This document shows, piece by piece, positions 28,204-37,201 of a stretch of 64,000 bases of DNA. How positions within the stretch are numbered: the stretch's first letter is position 1; every line of letters starts with the position of its first letter. The notes under the pieces are model-generated. The model ran no database searches, was not told where the DNA came from, and worked only from the letters and a program-made list of their open reading frames with translations. Source of the stretch: Planctomycetota bacterium (lineage in GTDB: Bacteria > Planctomycetota > Phycisphaerae > Sedimentisphaerales > Anaerobacaceae). The stretch spans positions 20,037 through 84,036 of the forward strand of contig VRUG01000009.1 in assembly GCA_019456255.1 (NCBI GenBank), written 5' to 3'. Both the position numbers and the translations under genes were made by a program.

Positions 28204-28482
28204 ATGAATGAGTTAGCTAACAACTTAAAACATTTATCTTCAGAAAAGTTTGATGAAACTAAACTTGCAGTAGTTAATAAGCAGTTCTCCTACGTAATCG
28301 AAAAGTTAAAAGAACAGGACGTGGAGTTCATTATGATTCTTACAATTTTTGTGAACTGTTATCGCCTTTTTGACTTAAGTGGTGCAACTAGGGGACTTCA
28401 TAATGTGTTAGATAGTGTATTTAAACAACAAATGTTAAACAAACTGGCACAGTTTGATGAGGAGAAGAAAAAAGATGGGTAA
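28204..28482 (+). CDS. hypothetical protein
   Basis: 92 aa. The internal ATG just after the upstream stop was chosen over the overlapping upstream extension. Confidence 0.45.
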   Translation: MNELANNLKHLSSEKFDETKLAVVNKQFSYVIEKLKEQDVEFIMILTIFVNCYRLFDLSGATRGLHNVLDSVFKQQMLNKLAQFDEEKKKDG

Positions 28483-28987
28483 TGTGCTTATAAAGAAGCA
28501 TGCTATTTTTTCAAGAGATAGAGAGTACCGTTATACTCTTTGGCGGTTGTGGGATAGCAACAAAGGATACGCGATGTTTATCTGTTTAAATCCGTCTACA
28601 GCTGATGAAGAGAGCGATGATAATACTGTTAGAAGGTGTGTCGGTTATGCTAAAAAATGGGGTTATGGTGGGGTGTGTATAGCTAACCTGTTTGCCTTTC
28701 GTGCTACTAAACCTAGAAAAATGAAAGCAGCCAAAGATCCAATCGGGCCTAAAAATGATTCCTGGATTAAATTCCTTGCAATAAGGGCCGGAGTTGTTGT
28801 GGCTGCATGGGGTTGTAACGGAGGCTTCAAGGGGAGAGATACGGAGGTGAGAAATATAATTCCGAGACTTCACTATTTAGTTTTTACTAAAGACGGTCAT
28901 CCTAGTCATCCGCTATTTCTGAAGAAAGGACTTCAACCAAAAGAATGGAGGGTAAAAAATGGAAGAATTAGCAGCAGTTCTAAGTAA
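28475..28987 (+). CDS. DUF1643 domain protein
   Basis: REYRYTLWR.W......AMFICLNPSTAD...DDNTVRRC..YAK.WGYGG....NLFA.R.T.P matches the DUF1643 pattern. Confidence 0.7.
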   Translation: MGNVLIKKHAIFSRDREYRYTLWRLWDSNKGYAMFICLNPSTADEESDDNTVRRCVGYAKKWGYGGVCIANLFAFRATKPRKMKAAKDPIGPKNDSWIKFLAIRAGVVVAAWGCNGGFKGRDTEVRNIIPRLHYLVFTKDGHPSHPLFLKKGLQPKEWRVKNGRISSSSK

Positions 28988-29129
28988 TTTTGGAGTTATG
29001 GGATTGTGGGGAGTCGTATTGTATAAAGTTCTCGATTTCCTTGAGTTTGTCGGTGCTTTCTTTATATTGTATTATGTCGCAAAAAAGTGCGGGCCTAAAG
29101 TCATCAAACTTATACAGGAGATTAGTTGA
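28959..29129 (+). CDS. small membrane protein
   Basis: 56-aa ORF absent from the supplied track, hydrophobic (GVMGLWGVVLYKVLDFLEFVGAFFILYYV). Ends 2 nt before the next ATG. Confidence 0.35.
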   Translation: MEELAAVLSNFGVMGLWGVVLYKVLDFLEFVGAFFILYYVAKKCGPKVIKLIQEIS

Positions 29130-29130
29130 G

Positions 29131-29859
29131 ATGAGTAAACTACTAGTAATAGGTGCACATCCAGCAGACCCTTTTGACTTGGCTGGTGGGACTATCTACC
29201 AATTCAACAACCTTAAGCAATCTACGACTATCTTGTCTATTACAGATGGAACTAGATCACATTTTGATGAAAGTTTTGATGTTGGTGATGTTTCTAAAGC
29301 CGTCATTAAGCGTAGGGAATTCAGTCAGGCTAGTTGTCTTGTTGGAGCTTGCGGTAAGAGTACGGTTTTCAGTTACCCAGATGAACCTCTTAAGGAATCT
29401 TATAGCTCGTGTATTGACCAGTTAGTTAGATATATTCGGAACATAAAACCTAGTATAGTAATAACTCATCATCCAAACGAATACTCACATTGGGATCATG
29501 CTGCATGTGGCCGTAGTGTTTGTAGGGCGTTGAAAGCGGCAAAAAAACTTGAAGGTGAAAAACATTGGGTTCCCATGGTTTACTTTTTTGGAGTTCAATT
29601 CCGTCCAGAAACCGTTAGGATAGGACTAATCCCTCAAGCTCCAGACCTACTAATTAACTTAGAGAAGAAAACGGTTGTGAAGAAGATAGAAACTATGTTA
29701 TGTTTTAAGTCTCAAGGAATGACTAAAGCTAAGTTGATTCAAAGAATGAATAGTTTTGAAGGCGAAACTGGGAGAGCAGACGGGTTGAGGTGGAGTGAAT
29801 CTTTTACTTTCTACTACCCATTAAAGCGTAATACTTTGCTTTACAATAACATGTTCTAG
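29131..29859 (+). CDS. PIG-L/LmbE-family de-N-acetylase
   Basis: The start MSKLLVIGAHPADPFDLAGGT, plus HHPNEYSHWDHAA. RBS caggag. The track's longer 28990 start is rejected. Confidence 0.65.
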   Translation: MSKLLVIGAHPADPFDLAGGTIYQFNNLKQSTTILSITDGTRSHFDESFDVGDVSKAVIKRREFSQASCLVGACGKSTVFSYPDEPLKESYSSCIDQLVRYIRNIKPSIVITHHPNEYSHWDHAACGRSVCRALKAAKKLEGEKHWVPMVYFFGVQFRPETVRIGLIPQAPDLLINLEKKTVVKKIETMLCFKSQGMTKAKLIQRMNSFEGETGRADGLRWSESFTFYYPLKRNTLLYNNMF

Positions 29860-29868
29860 GAGGAAACC

Positions 29869-30102
29869 ATGAATGAAGTAAGAAGGTCTAAACAAGCCAT
29901 AGAAGACGAAGAGCCAGAACAAAAGCCAAGTGTTGAGATTTATGAGAGAGTGATTTACGAAGTTAAAGCTATTAATTTGAAGCTTGCAAGTCAAGGTCTT
30001 AGTACTCTACTACAATCTCAAGACAAGATTGTAAAGATTCATCAAACTAAAGGTACAACATTCGAAGCGACTGTCCTTCTTTTTAGGTTGCGAGACTTTT
30101 AG
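29869..30102 (+). CDS. hypothetical protein
   Basis: 77-aa ORF after aggagga. Confidence 0.45.
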   Translation: MNEVRRSKQAIEDEEPEQKPSVEIYERVIYEVKAINLKLASQGLSTLLQSQDKIVKIHQTKGTTFEATVLLFRLRDF

Positions 30103-30156
30103 TAGAAATCCAAAAAAAATTTGTAGTCTCTCTCATATAATTAGAGAGGTAGTTCT

Positions 30157-30342
30157 ATGGATAAAATGGAAATAGTAAAGGCGGTTGGAAAAATCTTATC
30201 TGATCTTGACGACCGTTATCCTACTTTTTCAGATAGCGAAAAGAGGGTTGCTTTAAAGTCGGCTGCTTCTACACTTGAGCATATTATTGAAGCTAAATCT
30301 CAAGCTATCATGTATGCTAAATACATAAATGATGAATCATGA
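30157..30342 (+). CDS. hypothetical protein
   Basis: 61-aa ORF after agagagg. Confidence 0.4.
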   Translation: MDKMEIVKAVGKILSDLDDRYPTFSDSEKRVALKSAASTLEHIIEAKSQAIMYAKYINDES

Positions 30343-30482
30343 AAAAGAGTTCTTTTATATGGTACGTAGCTCTTGTATCCTTTTCTTTATTCTTAGACTT
30401 AGCAGGTAAAACACAAGAAGCTATTATCGTAGAAAACATTTTAGTGTTTTGTTTGCTGTTGGAGTTAAGGGGACGAAAATGA
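30339..30482 (+). CDS. small membrane/secreted mini-protein
   Basis: 47-aa ORF absent from the supplied track, ATGA-coupled at both ends. N-terminal hydrophobic segment. Confidence 0.3.
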   Translation: MKKSSFIWYVALVSFSLFLDLAGKTQEAIIVENILVFCLLLELRGRK

Positions 30483-30652
30483 AGATAGTAAGTACTCCAA
30501 GTGAACTTATGGACAAAGGTCTTTGGGCAGCTACTTGTGAGTTGTTCGGATTTAATGAATGGTGCGTAAACGAAAGTCTTATGGAGAGCGACAAAGAAAT
30601 TGTTTTTACCGAAGAACAAGCAAAGGAAATCGGTTTATATAAAGGAGATTAA
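30479..30652 (+). CDS. hypothetical protein
   Basis: ATG 30479 (MKIVSTPSEL...). Confidence 0.4.
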   Translation: MKIVSTPSELMDKGLWAATCELFGFNEWCVNESLMESDKEIVFTEEQAKEIGLYKGD

Positions 30653-30655
30653 GAA

Positions 30656-30886
30656 GTGAGTTGTGTAGGTAGAACATTTAGAGTGAAAGAGACTATTAAA
30701 TCGCTTTGTTGCTCACATGATTTAGAAGCTGGTGAGGTCGTTCAAGTTTATAGTCATCCCTCTCCTAATAGATTAGTAGTGTGCCTTGTGGAAGGTGAAT
30801 GGGTAAATACATGCCATAAGGTAAAAAGGTCAACGTTAAACAGATGTAGTGACGAAATAAAAAAGGGAGGTAAAGATGGTAGATGA
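30656..30886 (+). CDS. hypothetical protein
   Basis: 76 aa, GTG start. Confidence 0.4.
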   Translation: MSCVGRTFRVKETIKSLCCSHDLEAGEVVQVYSHPSPNRLVVCLVEGEWVNTCHKVKRSTLNRCSDEIKKGGKDGR

Positions 30887-31112
30887 AATAGATGAGGATA
30901 TAAAACTTCTCATTAGTGAATTAAACAGAGTTGGTTTAACTACTTGCAGTAGTTGCCAAGGGACAGGACACAATAAAGGGAATGAGGCCTTTATAATGCT
31001 TGCTCCAAATAAAATTAAAGATTTAGGGATAATAATTGAAGATAGAATGATACGTGTTTCATGGACTAGAGAATTAAAAAAGGAGGAAAAAGATGAAAAA
31101 GGGATTGAATGA
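30876..31112 (+). CDS. hypothetical protein
   Basis: 78 aa with CSSCQGTGH. Confidence 0.4.
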   Translation: MVDEIDEDIKLLISELNRVGLTTCSSCQGTGHNKGNEAFIMLAPNKIKDLGIIIEDRMIRVSWTRELKKEEKDEKGIE

Positions 31113-31449
31113 GTTAGTAGGTATTATCGACAGATCGGGAAGTATGGACGTTATAGCCTCAGATGCTATTGGTGGGTTGAATACTTTTATTAGAGAACAG
31201 AAAGAGGTACCTGGGGAGGCTAACGTAACTATAGTGCTTTTTGATCACGAATATAAGGTTGACTACAAAGGTGTACCTATTGCAGATGTCAAAGAATACA
31301 ATAGCCAATCTTATATACCGAGAGGTACCACTGCGTTGCTCGATGCTATTGGTAGGACTATTACTACAGTTGGTGAACGGCTTGCAAATACCGACGAGGG
31401 CCAGCGTCCAGAGAAAGTTATCGTATTTATACTTACCGATGGGATGTAA
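31093..31449 (+). CDS. von Willebrand factor A (vWA) domain protein, N-terminal part ending at an in-frame TAA
   Basis: MIDAS DRSGSM, RGTTALLDAIG, VIVFILTDGM then TAA at 31447-31449. Confidence 0.7.
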   Translation: MKKGLNELVGIIDRSGSMDVIASDAIGGLNTFIREQKEVPGEANVTIVLFDHEYKVDYKGVPIADVKEYNSQSYIPRGTTALLDAIGRTITTVGERLANTDEGQRPEKVIVFILTDGM

Positions 31450-31677
31450 AATGCCAGTAGGGAGTATAACAAAAAGAAAGTTAACGAGCTTATTAACCGG
31501 CAGAGAGATGAGTACAAGTGGGAGTTTATATTTTTGTCGGCTAGTCAAGGAGCTATTCAGGAAGGTCTAGATCTAGGAATAAAGCAAAAAGATACTCAGC
31601 TCTTCGCCCATACCGGGAAAGGTGTTTCTGAAGGTTATGCTGGTATGTCTTCTAGGACAACTTCATATAGGTCGTAA
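31450..31677 (+). pseudogene. same-frame continuation of the vWA gene after the TAA (C-terminal part)
   Basis: 75 sense codons in the same frame read NASREYNKKKVNELINRQRDEYKWEFIFLSASQGAIQEGLDLGI..., the expected continuation of the TDG-x-ENAS..Y....WEFIFLGA vWA architecture. No start codon of its own. Confidence 0.6.
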
Positions 31678-31690
31678 AGGGGGAGGAGAA

Positions 31691-31864
31691 ATGAGAGGAA
31701 GTAAAGCAAAGAAAATTAGGAAGTTAGTCTATGGCGACTTCTCGTTTCATGCCCGGCGTAGGTATGTGATAACTAGTAAGGGTACGTTAATGAACCACCC
31801 AGATGGTAGAAGGGCAAAGTACTTACAGTACAAAAGGCTCGCGAACATGGGAGTAAGGGTATGA
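31691..31864 (+). CDS. hypothetical basic protein
   Basis: 57 aa. ATG after gggggaggag. Confidence 0.4.
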   Translation: MRGSKAKKIRKLVYGDFSFHARRRYVITSKGTLMNHPDGRRAKYLQYKRLANMGVRV

Positions 31865-32874
31865 ATATATTAGTTACTGGGGGTTGTGGTTTCATAGGTA
31901 GCCATTTTATTAAAAGACTACTTCGTAAATACCCAGACTACAATATCGTTAACGTGGATAAGCTTACCTACGCTGGCAACATTAAAAATATACCTCCTCC
32001 ACAGGATTACAACAACTTTACGACTTACACTTTTGATATAGGAGATACCTATATTAGGTCAATTTTAAAGGACCATGAGATAGAAGTGGTTGTGAACTTT
32101 GCTGCTGAAACTCACGTTGATCGTAGTATACACAATCCAGTTGACTTTATACAAACTGATATAGTCGGGCTTATTAATCTGGTACAGGCGGCTAGAAAAG
32201 CAAAAGTGAGAAGGTTTGTTCAGATATCAACTGATGAGGTTTATGGTTCCTTACCTGTTGGTTTTGAGGCTGATACTGTTGCTAGACTTAATCCGACGTC
32301 TCCCTATTCTGCTAGTAAAGCGTCTGCAGACATACTTTTACTTTCGTACTTTAAAACGTACAACTTTCCAGTTTTGATTGTTAGACCATGTAACAACTAT
32401 GGGCCTAATCAATACCCAGAGAAGCTTATTCCAATGTGTATAACAAGACTTCTTGAGAATAAAAGAATGATCTTGCATGGAGATGGAGATGAAGTTAGAG
32501 AATACGTCTACGTTGAGGATTGTTGTCGTGCTATAGATATAATTATGCATAAGGGTTTTGATGGAAATACTTTCAATGTAGGTAGCGGTGTAAGACGTAA
32601 CAATAGAGAAATAATGAGTGCTGTACTAAAGGAAGTAGTTTGCAACCAAGCCAGGATTGGTGAGGAGTACGTAAAAAAAGTACCAAATCGTCCTGGCAAC
32701 GACAGTCGCTACGCCTTAAAGTGTAATTCTCTTTGGAAGAGTCAGTTTTTAAGGTCTAACTTTAAGGATAGATTACATCTTACTATAGAGTGGTATAAAA
32801 AGAACTACAAAGACTGGTGGCCTTATGTCGATTTGGATGCGAATATTTACAAGGACGAGGAGTACTTGAGATGA
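31861..32874 (+). CDS. rfbB: dTDP-glucose 4,6-dehydratase
   Basis: MNILVTGGCGFIGSHF, VDKLTYAGN, STDEVYG, YSASKA, RP.NNYGP.Q.PEKLIP. Confidence 0.85.
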   Translation: MNILVTGGCGFIGSHFIKRLLRKYPDYNIVNVDKLTYAGNIKNIPPPQDYNNFTTYTFDIGDTYIRSILKDHEIEVVVNFAAETHVDRSIHNPVDFIQTDIVGLINLVQAARKAKVRRFVQISTDEVYGSLPVGFEADTVARLNPTSPYSASKASADILLLSYFKTYNFPVLIVRPCNNYGPNQYPEKLIPMCITRLLENKRMILHGDGDEVREYVYVEDCCRAIDIIMHKGFDGNTFNVGSGVRRNNREIMSAVLKEVVCNQARIGEEYVKKVPNRPGNDSRYALKCNSLWKSQFLRSNFKDRLHLTIEWYKKNYKDWWPYVDLDANIYKDEEYLR

Positions 32875-33071
32875 AAGAATTTAAAGAAACTCATCAGTAT
32901 GGCCATATCTCAATAGAATCTACGCCAGATGGTCTTCCTTCTATGGATGGTGATTTAGGTGTTCAAGTAGCAAAAGACGGTAGAGTTTGGGTATGTATTG
33001 ATGGCGTAGCGTTTCTAAGATTTAAACCACTTAGAAAGGAAAAGGAGAACGGAATCGTAAGAATCCTATAA
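32871..33071 (+). CDS. hypothetical protein
   Basis: 66 aa, ATGA-coupled to rfbB. Confidence 0.4.
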   Translation: MKEFKETHQYGHISIESTPDGLPSMDGDLGVQVAKDGRVWVCIDGVAFLRFKPLRKEKENGIVRIL

Positions 33072-33160
33072 CGGTAATCAAATGAACGTTGTATTTTGTA
33101 TTGCTGCTATAATGATGGTAGTGTTTATGTGTCAATGGTAATAAAGAAAGGAGAAAGCTA

Positions 33161-33349
33161 ATGCCTTTGTTTTATGTGCAAGACGATGACAGGCCAATGT
33201 ATGTAAACAGTGAGAGTTTTGGGACTGCTTTAGAGTCGTGGAAAAAGTTTATAGCTACGGAGAATGGTTGTAGTCCGGATGGCGTAGAACTTCCATTAGG
33301 AATAAAGTTTATAGCTCCTAGCGACGAGGTAATATGGGATGTTGAGTAA
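33161..33349 (+). CDS. hypothetical protein
   Basis: 62 aa after aaggaga. Confidence 0.4.
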   Translation: MPLFYVQDDDRPMYVNSESFGTALESWKKFIATENGCSPDGVELPLGIKFIAPSDEVIWDVE

Positions 33350-35252
33350 AGTATCTGTTATAATTCCACTCTACAACTACGAGAGGTACATAGGTCAAGC
33401 AATAGACAGTGTATTATCTCAGACTTATACTAACTGGGAGATTATTGTAGTAGACGACTTTTCGTCTGATGGTGGTTTGGTAGTAGTAGGTAGATATGAA
33501 GATAGTTTAAAAGAGAAGTTACGAGTAATAGAGAATTTTGAAAACTTAGGTGTTAGTAAGAGTAGAAACTTGGGTTTTAGAATAAGTACTGGCGACTATA
33601 TAGCCTATCTAGATGCAGACGACTACTGGGAACCCACTAAGCTAGAGAAACAAGTACTGGCGATGGAAGAGCAAGACGCTGGCGTAGTACATACTGGAGT
33701 TAATACTATAATTAGCCAAGAAACTGCGACATGGGTAGGGAAACCTGGTAGAGGAATTTTTGGAACTAGTCCGGCAAAAGGCTACTGGGATTCGTTTTGG
33801 AATGAAAAGTTGTTAGCACAGTTACGTAAGCGTACTCACTTTGGTATCTTGTCTGATGGTGATCCTATTTGTTCATCTTCTATCATGGTTAAAAGAGAGG
33901 TAGTTGAAGCTGTTGGTGGGTTTGATGAAGACTTGTTATATCAGCATGAAGATTGGGTATTCTTACTTAAATGTTCGTACTACTACGTTTTTTATATGTT
34001 GAAGGATCGACTTACTAACTATCGTATTCATAAAGAAGGCTACACTGCTAAAGCACTACTTACTCCTGGTGGTGATTGGAGCGCAGACGTTGCTCTGGGT
34101 CAAGCAAGGGATAGATGTTTTAGTTTTGTGAAGGGAAGGGGGCAATCTTTATCTTATAAAGAATTTAATGCTAATCCTACGTTACGCCAAAAAATAAAGC
34201 GGCATTTACTTCTCCCTGGAAAAGTAAAAGCTCACCTTATAGTAAGAGCAAAGAACTTCTACCACTACTACGAGGACTGGCTACCTTCTAGGAAAAACGA
34301 AAGTAGTGTAGACTTAATGATACTGTTCCTTACTGACAAATGCAATTTGTCATGTAAGGCTTGTTTCTACAAGGGTAAGTTGCATACGTATGGTGATATG
34401 GATATTGTCAACGTAAGATCTATTCATCGTAGTGTTACTCCAAACAACGTACTACTAACGGGTGGCGAACCTTTCCTATATGATAGAATACAAGACGCTA
34501 TTAATATGTTTTCTGAAAAGAGCAATGTTTGGATAAATACTAACGGTATGCGACCTTTAGCAGTAAAGGGCATGATGGCTAAGATTTTAGTCGCTAAGCA
34601 TAAAACTATTACTGTATCTGTATCTTTAGATGGATTCGAGAAAACGCATAATGAAATGAGGGGGAATGACAAGTCATATAGTAGGGCAATGGATACTTTA
34701 AGGGTTTTATTGTCATTTAAACCTACAGATAAAGGTTTAAACGTATGTATCAATACTTTGATAACACCAGGAACTATGGACAAGTTAGTTGACTTCGCTA
34801 AAGAGATGGCGTACGCTTTCCCTAGTCTAGATTATCACAACTTTGAGGTTGAAAGGTCTTTTAGAGGTTTTAAGTACCACGTTTCCCTTGATGGAATGTA
34901 TAAAGGGCTTCTAGAAGTTATAAAGAAGAACTACTTTTCTTATTATTTACTAACTAAGAGAAGATTTAACGTCCAGTATCTTAATTCTACTATAGGTAAA
35001 CCTTGGGACTTTCCTTGTTTGGCTGGTAAAAAGGCATTTACTATTTACCCGGACGGTAAGTTGGTAGCGTGTGAGATGAGAGATACAGTGACTGACTTAG
35101 CGTATTACAACTACGACGTTACTAAAGCTCTAAATGGGTCATCTATGAAGCAAGAGTTAAAGTATATAAAAAGGGACAAATGTTATTGTGCTCATGGTTG
35201 TTGGGTAGTTACTAGTATGTGTGACCATTTTAGCAAAGTGGGGTGGAGATAA
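33339..35252 (+). CDS. fusion protein: N-terminal GT2 glycosyltransferase + C-terminal radical SAM (SPASM-like) domain
   Basis: VSVIIPLYNYERYI..AIDSVLSQTY.NWEIIVVDDFSSDG and LDADDYW (GT-A, DxD), then LTDKCNLSCKACFY (CxxxCxxC at 34341-34364), GGEP, and C-terminal Cys clusters (CLAGK...ACE, CYCAHGCW). Confidence 0.75.
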   Translation: MLSKVSVIIPLYNYERYIGQAIDSVLSQTYTNWEIIVVDDFSSDGGLVVVGRYEDSLKEKLRVIENFENLGVSKSRNLGFRISTGDYIAYLDADDYWEPTKLEKQVLAMEEQDAGVVHTGVNTIISQETATWVGKPGRGIFGTSPAKGYWDSFWNEKLLAQLRKRTHFGILSDGDPICSSSIMVKREVVEAVGGFDEDLLYQHEDWVFLLKCSYYYVFYMLKDRLTNYRIHKEGYTAKALLTPGGDWSADVALGQARDRCFSFVKGRGQSLSYKEFNANPTLRQKIKRHLLLPGKVKAHLIVRAKNFYHYYEDWLPSRKNESSVDLMILFLTDKCNLSCKACFYKGKLHTYGDMDIVNVRSIHRSVTPNNVLLTGGEPFLYDRIQDAINMFSEKSNVWINTNGMRPLAVKGMMAKILVAKHKTITVSVSLDGFEKTHNEMRGNDKSYSRAMDTLRVLLSFKPTDKGLNVCINTLITPGTMDKLVDFAKEMAYAFPSLDYHNFEVERSFRGFKYHVSLDGMYKGLLEVIKKNYFSYYLLTKRRFNVQYLNSTIGKPWDFPCLAGKKAFTIYPDGKLVACEMRDTVTDLAYYNYDVTKALNGSSMKQELKYIKRDKCYCAHGCWVVTSMCDHFSKVGWR

Positions 35253-35452
35253 TGGAACACGAAGGGTTTACAGTTAAAGGTTTTGAGTTTATGGACGAAC
35301 CGGCTACAGATGACCAAAAGGATATAATAGTAGAGTTGTGTAAAAATAGAGGCACTCCTACAAACAGAGATGGTAAATGGCCAAATCCATTTACTAGATG
35401 GGATGCCTCTCAAATGATAGCTGCGTTAAAGGTAGGTGAAGATGAAACTTAA
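35252..35452 (+). CDS. hypothetical protein
   Basis: 66 aa, TAATG-coupled. Confidence 0.4.
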   Translation: MEHEGFTVKGFEFMDEPATDDQKDIIVELCKNRGTPTNRDGKWPNPFTRWDASQMIAALKVGEDET

Positions 35453-35603
35453 ATGTTTGCCATGGTACTTTTACGCGCTTGTTGTTTTCTTTGGCTGGGT
35501 GTTTCTTGCTCAGGTAGTTTTTTCTTGGCGTTACCCAGACCTAAATGATATGCAGTTCTTTAGGCATCTTGATAAATCAATATTCTTTCAGAGGGTAGAA
35601 TGA
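35442..35603 (+). CDS. small membrane protein
   Basis: 53-aa ORF absent from the supplied track (MKLKCLPWYFYALVVFFGWVFLAQVVF...). Its stop overlaps the next ATG. Confidence 0.3.
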   Translation: MKLKCLPWYFYALVVFFGWVFLAQVVFSWRYPDLNDMQFFRHLDKSIFFQRVE

Positions 35604-35818
35604 AAAAGTACTTGTTTATAACTTTAGGAGTACTAGTATTTATAGAATTAACGTTATTTGATCCTTTTTTCTTTCTTTACTTAATCTTTGCCTGTGTTGG
35701 CCTTGCTCTTCTTATGCAGTTATGGATTGAAATAACTGACGCTTGGGCAGGCTACTTACCTGGTGGAAGTAAATATGATAAGAAAGAGTTCGATAAGCTC
35801 TTCGTGGGAAGAAAATGA
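35600..35818 (+). CDS. small two-TM membrane protein
   Basis: 72 aa with two hydrophobic segments. Confidence 0.45.
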   Translation: MKKYLFITLGVLVFIELTLFDPFFFLYLIFACVGLALLMQLWIEITDAWAGYLPGGSKYDKKEFDKLFVGRK

Positions 35819-35991
35819 AAAAGAAAGTAGAACAGTTTAGAGAGTGGCTTAAGTCTGAATTGGTAGCTTATGAGGCTGGAAAGTACGTGATCGCTGAAGA
35901 TAATGTTGGTCAAGTAGTTATAGAGGATGTCATAAAGAAGTTTAATGAGGTTTTCGTTAATGAAAAAGAAACTACATATACACAGCGATAA
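35815..35991 (+). CDS. hypothetical protein
   Basis: 58-aa ORF absent from the supplied track, ATGA-coupled. Confidence 0.3.
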   Translation: MKKKVEQFREWLKSELVAYEAGKYVIAEDNVGQVVIEDVIKKFNEVFVNEKETTYTQR

Positions 35992-37201
35992 TAGTAGTTG
36001 GGCTGGTTGCGAAAACATGCCAGGTATCTTTTTACAGAACAAAGTACTAAACAACGAGTTTGACTTAACGTTTAGTTATCGATATAGTAAAGAGTATGTG
36101 AAGGGTTTTAACGAATGGGTGACAGGTATCTTTTGCAAGTCAGCAAACGAAAGAATAGATAGTAGTAAACGTGACGTTTTTCCACTTCGCCTCCCTATCT
36201 CTTTCTTATACAAAATCAGGCTTTATTTTAGACCAGTTATGGCACTGGGTTATTTCTTTATGCTTTATGAGGGGTTCGTTTTGTGCAAACTGATAGGCCA
36301 ATTGAGGCCCGATGTGTTGCACATAAATAACGGAGGGTATCCTGGTGCTACTAGCTGTAATAGTGCTGCTATTGCTGGTCGCCTTATGGGAGTCCCAAAG
36401 ATAACATACATGATTAACTCTACAACTAAAAATAGATGGTGGGAAAGACCAATGACTTGGTTGGTAAAGAAGTGTGTAACGAAATTTATTACTGCATCTA
36501 AGTATTGTAGAGATCAAAGTAAGTTTTTGTGGGTTTCAATAATCGTTAAAGAAAACGCGTCGAATGGCAAAAACTGGGTAACTATAAACTGGGAGGTCAT
36601 ACCAAATACTGTCCTTTCAAGGGAATGTACTTCTATTTGGCTTTTACGAGGGGGACTAGATAAAGCAATAAAGAAAAGTGACATTATGTTTCTTTGTGTT
36701 GGTAACTTTGAAGAAAGGAAAGGCTTCAAGGACGCGATTGAGGCTTTCGGGAAAATAAAATGTGATAACCCAAGAGTTCTTGTTATTGGTGGGTCTGGCC
36801 CAGAAGGTTCTAATTTAAAAAAGTTAGCAGAAGCGTCTACTAGTCTTGTTCTGGTAGAAGAAAACGATGACTTTGACACTTATAGTTTAATTAAGTCGTG
36901 TGACGTGTTGTTAGTTCCAAGTATTAGAGATGAAGATTTTCCTAATGTGATCTTAATAGGGTTAATGATGGGTAAGCCAATCGTAGCGTCTAATATCTGT
37001 GGAATTCCGGAACTGTTCAAATCAGATTTTACTTATCTCATTAATCCAGGAGACGTTTCAAGGTTAAAGGTTCTTGTTTCTAGGCTACTTCTGGAGGCTG
37101 GTGAACGTAAGCGTCTTGGTGCTGCTAATAAACAACTTTTTCTTGATCAGTACTCTACTGACAAGATTATTGAGAGGTATATCGATCTATGGACCCAATA
37201 G
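35960..37201 (+). CDS. GT4-family (GT-B) glycosyltransferase
   Basis: MKKKLHI start. ERKGF.DAIEAF and EDFPNVILIGLMMGKPIVASNICGIPE fit the E..G....EA...G.PV..s..gG..E motif. Confidence 0.75.
   Translation: MKKKLHIHSDNSSWAGCENMPGIFLQNKVLNNEFDLTFSYRYSKEYVKGFNEWVTGIFCKSANERIDSSKRDVFPLRLPISFLYKIRLYFRPVMALGYFFMLYEGFVLCKLIGQLRPDVLHINNGGYPGATSCNSAAIAGRLMGVPKITYMINSTTKNRWWERPMTWLVKKCVTKFITASKYCRDQSKFLWVSIIVKENASNGKNWVTINWEVIPNTVLSRECTSIWLLRGGLDKAIKKSDIMFLCVGNFEERKGFKDAIEAFGKIKCDNPRVLVIGGSGPEGSNLKKLAEASTSLVLVEENDDFDTYSLIKSCDVLLVPSIRDEDFPNVILIGLMMGKPIVASNICGIPELFKSDFTYLINPGDVSRLKVLVSRLLLEAGERKRLGAANKQLFLDQYSTDKIIERYIDLWTQ

Noticed and set aside
28990-29130. Long N-terminal extension of the PIG-L deacetylase ORF
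   Set aside because: The ATG at 29131 has an RBS and starts exactly at the conserved (L)LVIGAHP.D motif. The upstream region is better explained by a 56-aa membrane mini-ORF in another frame.
31447-31449. Genome-wide TAA stop-codon reassignment as the explanation for the in-frame stop in the vWA gene
   Set aside because: TAA terminates many well-delimited genes here (for example at 279-281, 7045-7047, 26871-26873 and 35250-35252), with the next gene starting immediately after. A reassigned code is therefore unlikely, and a local nonsense mutation, error or readthrough remains.
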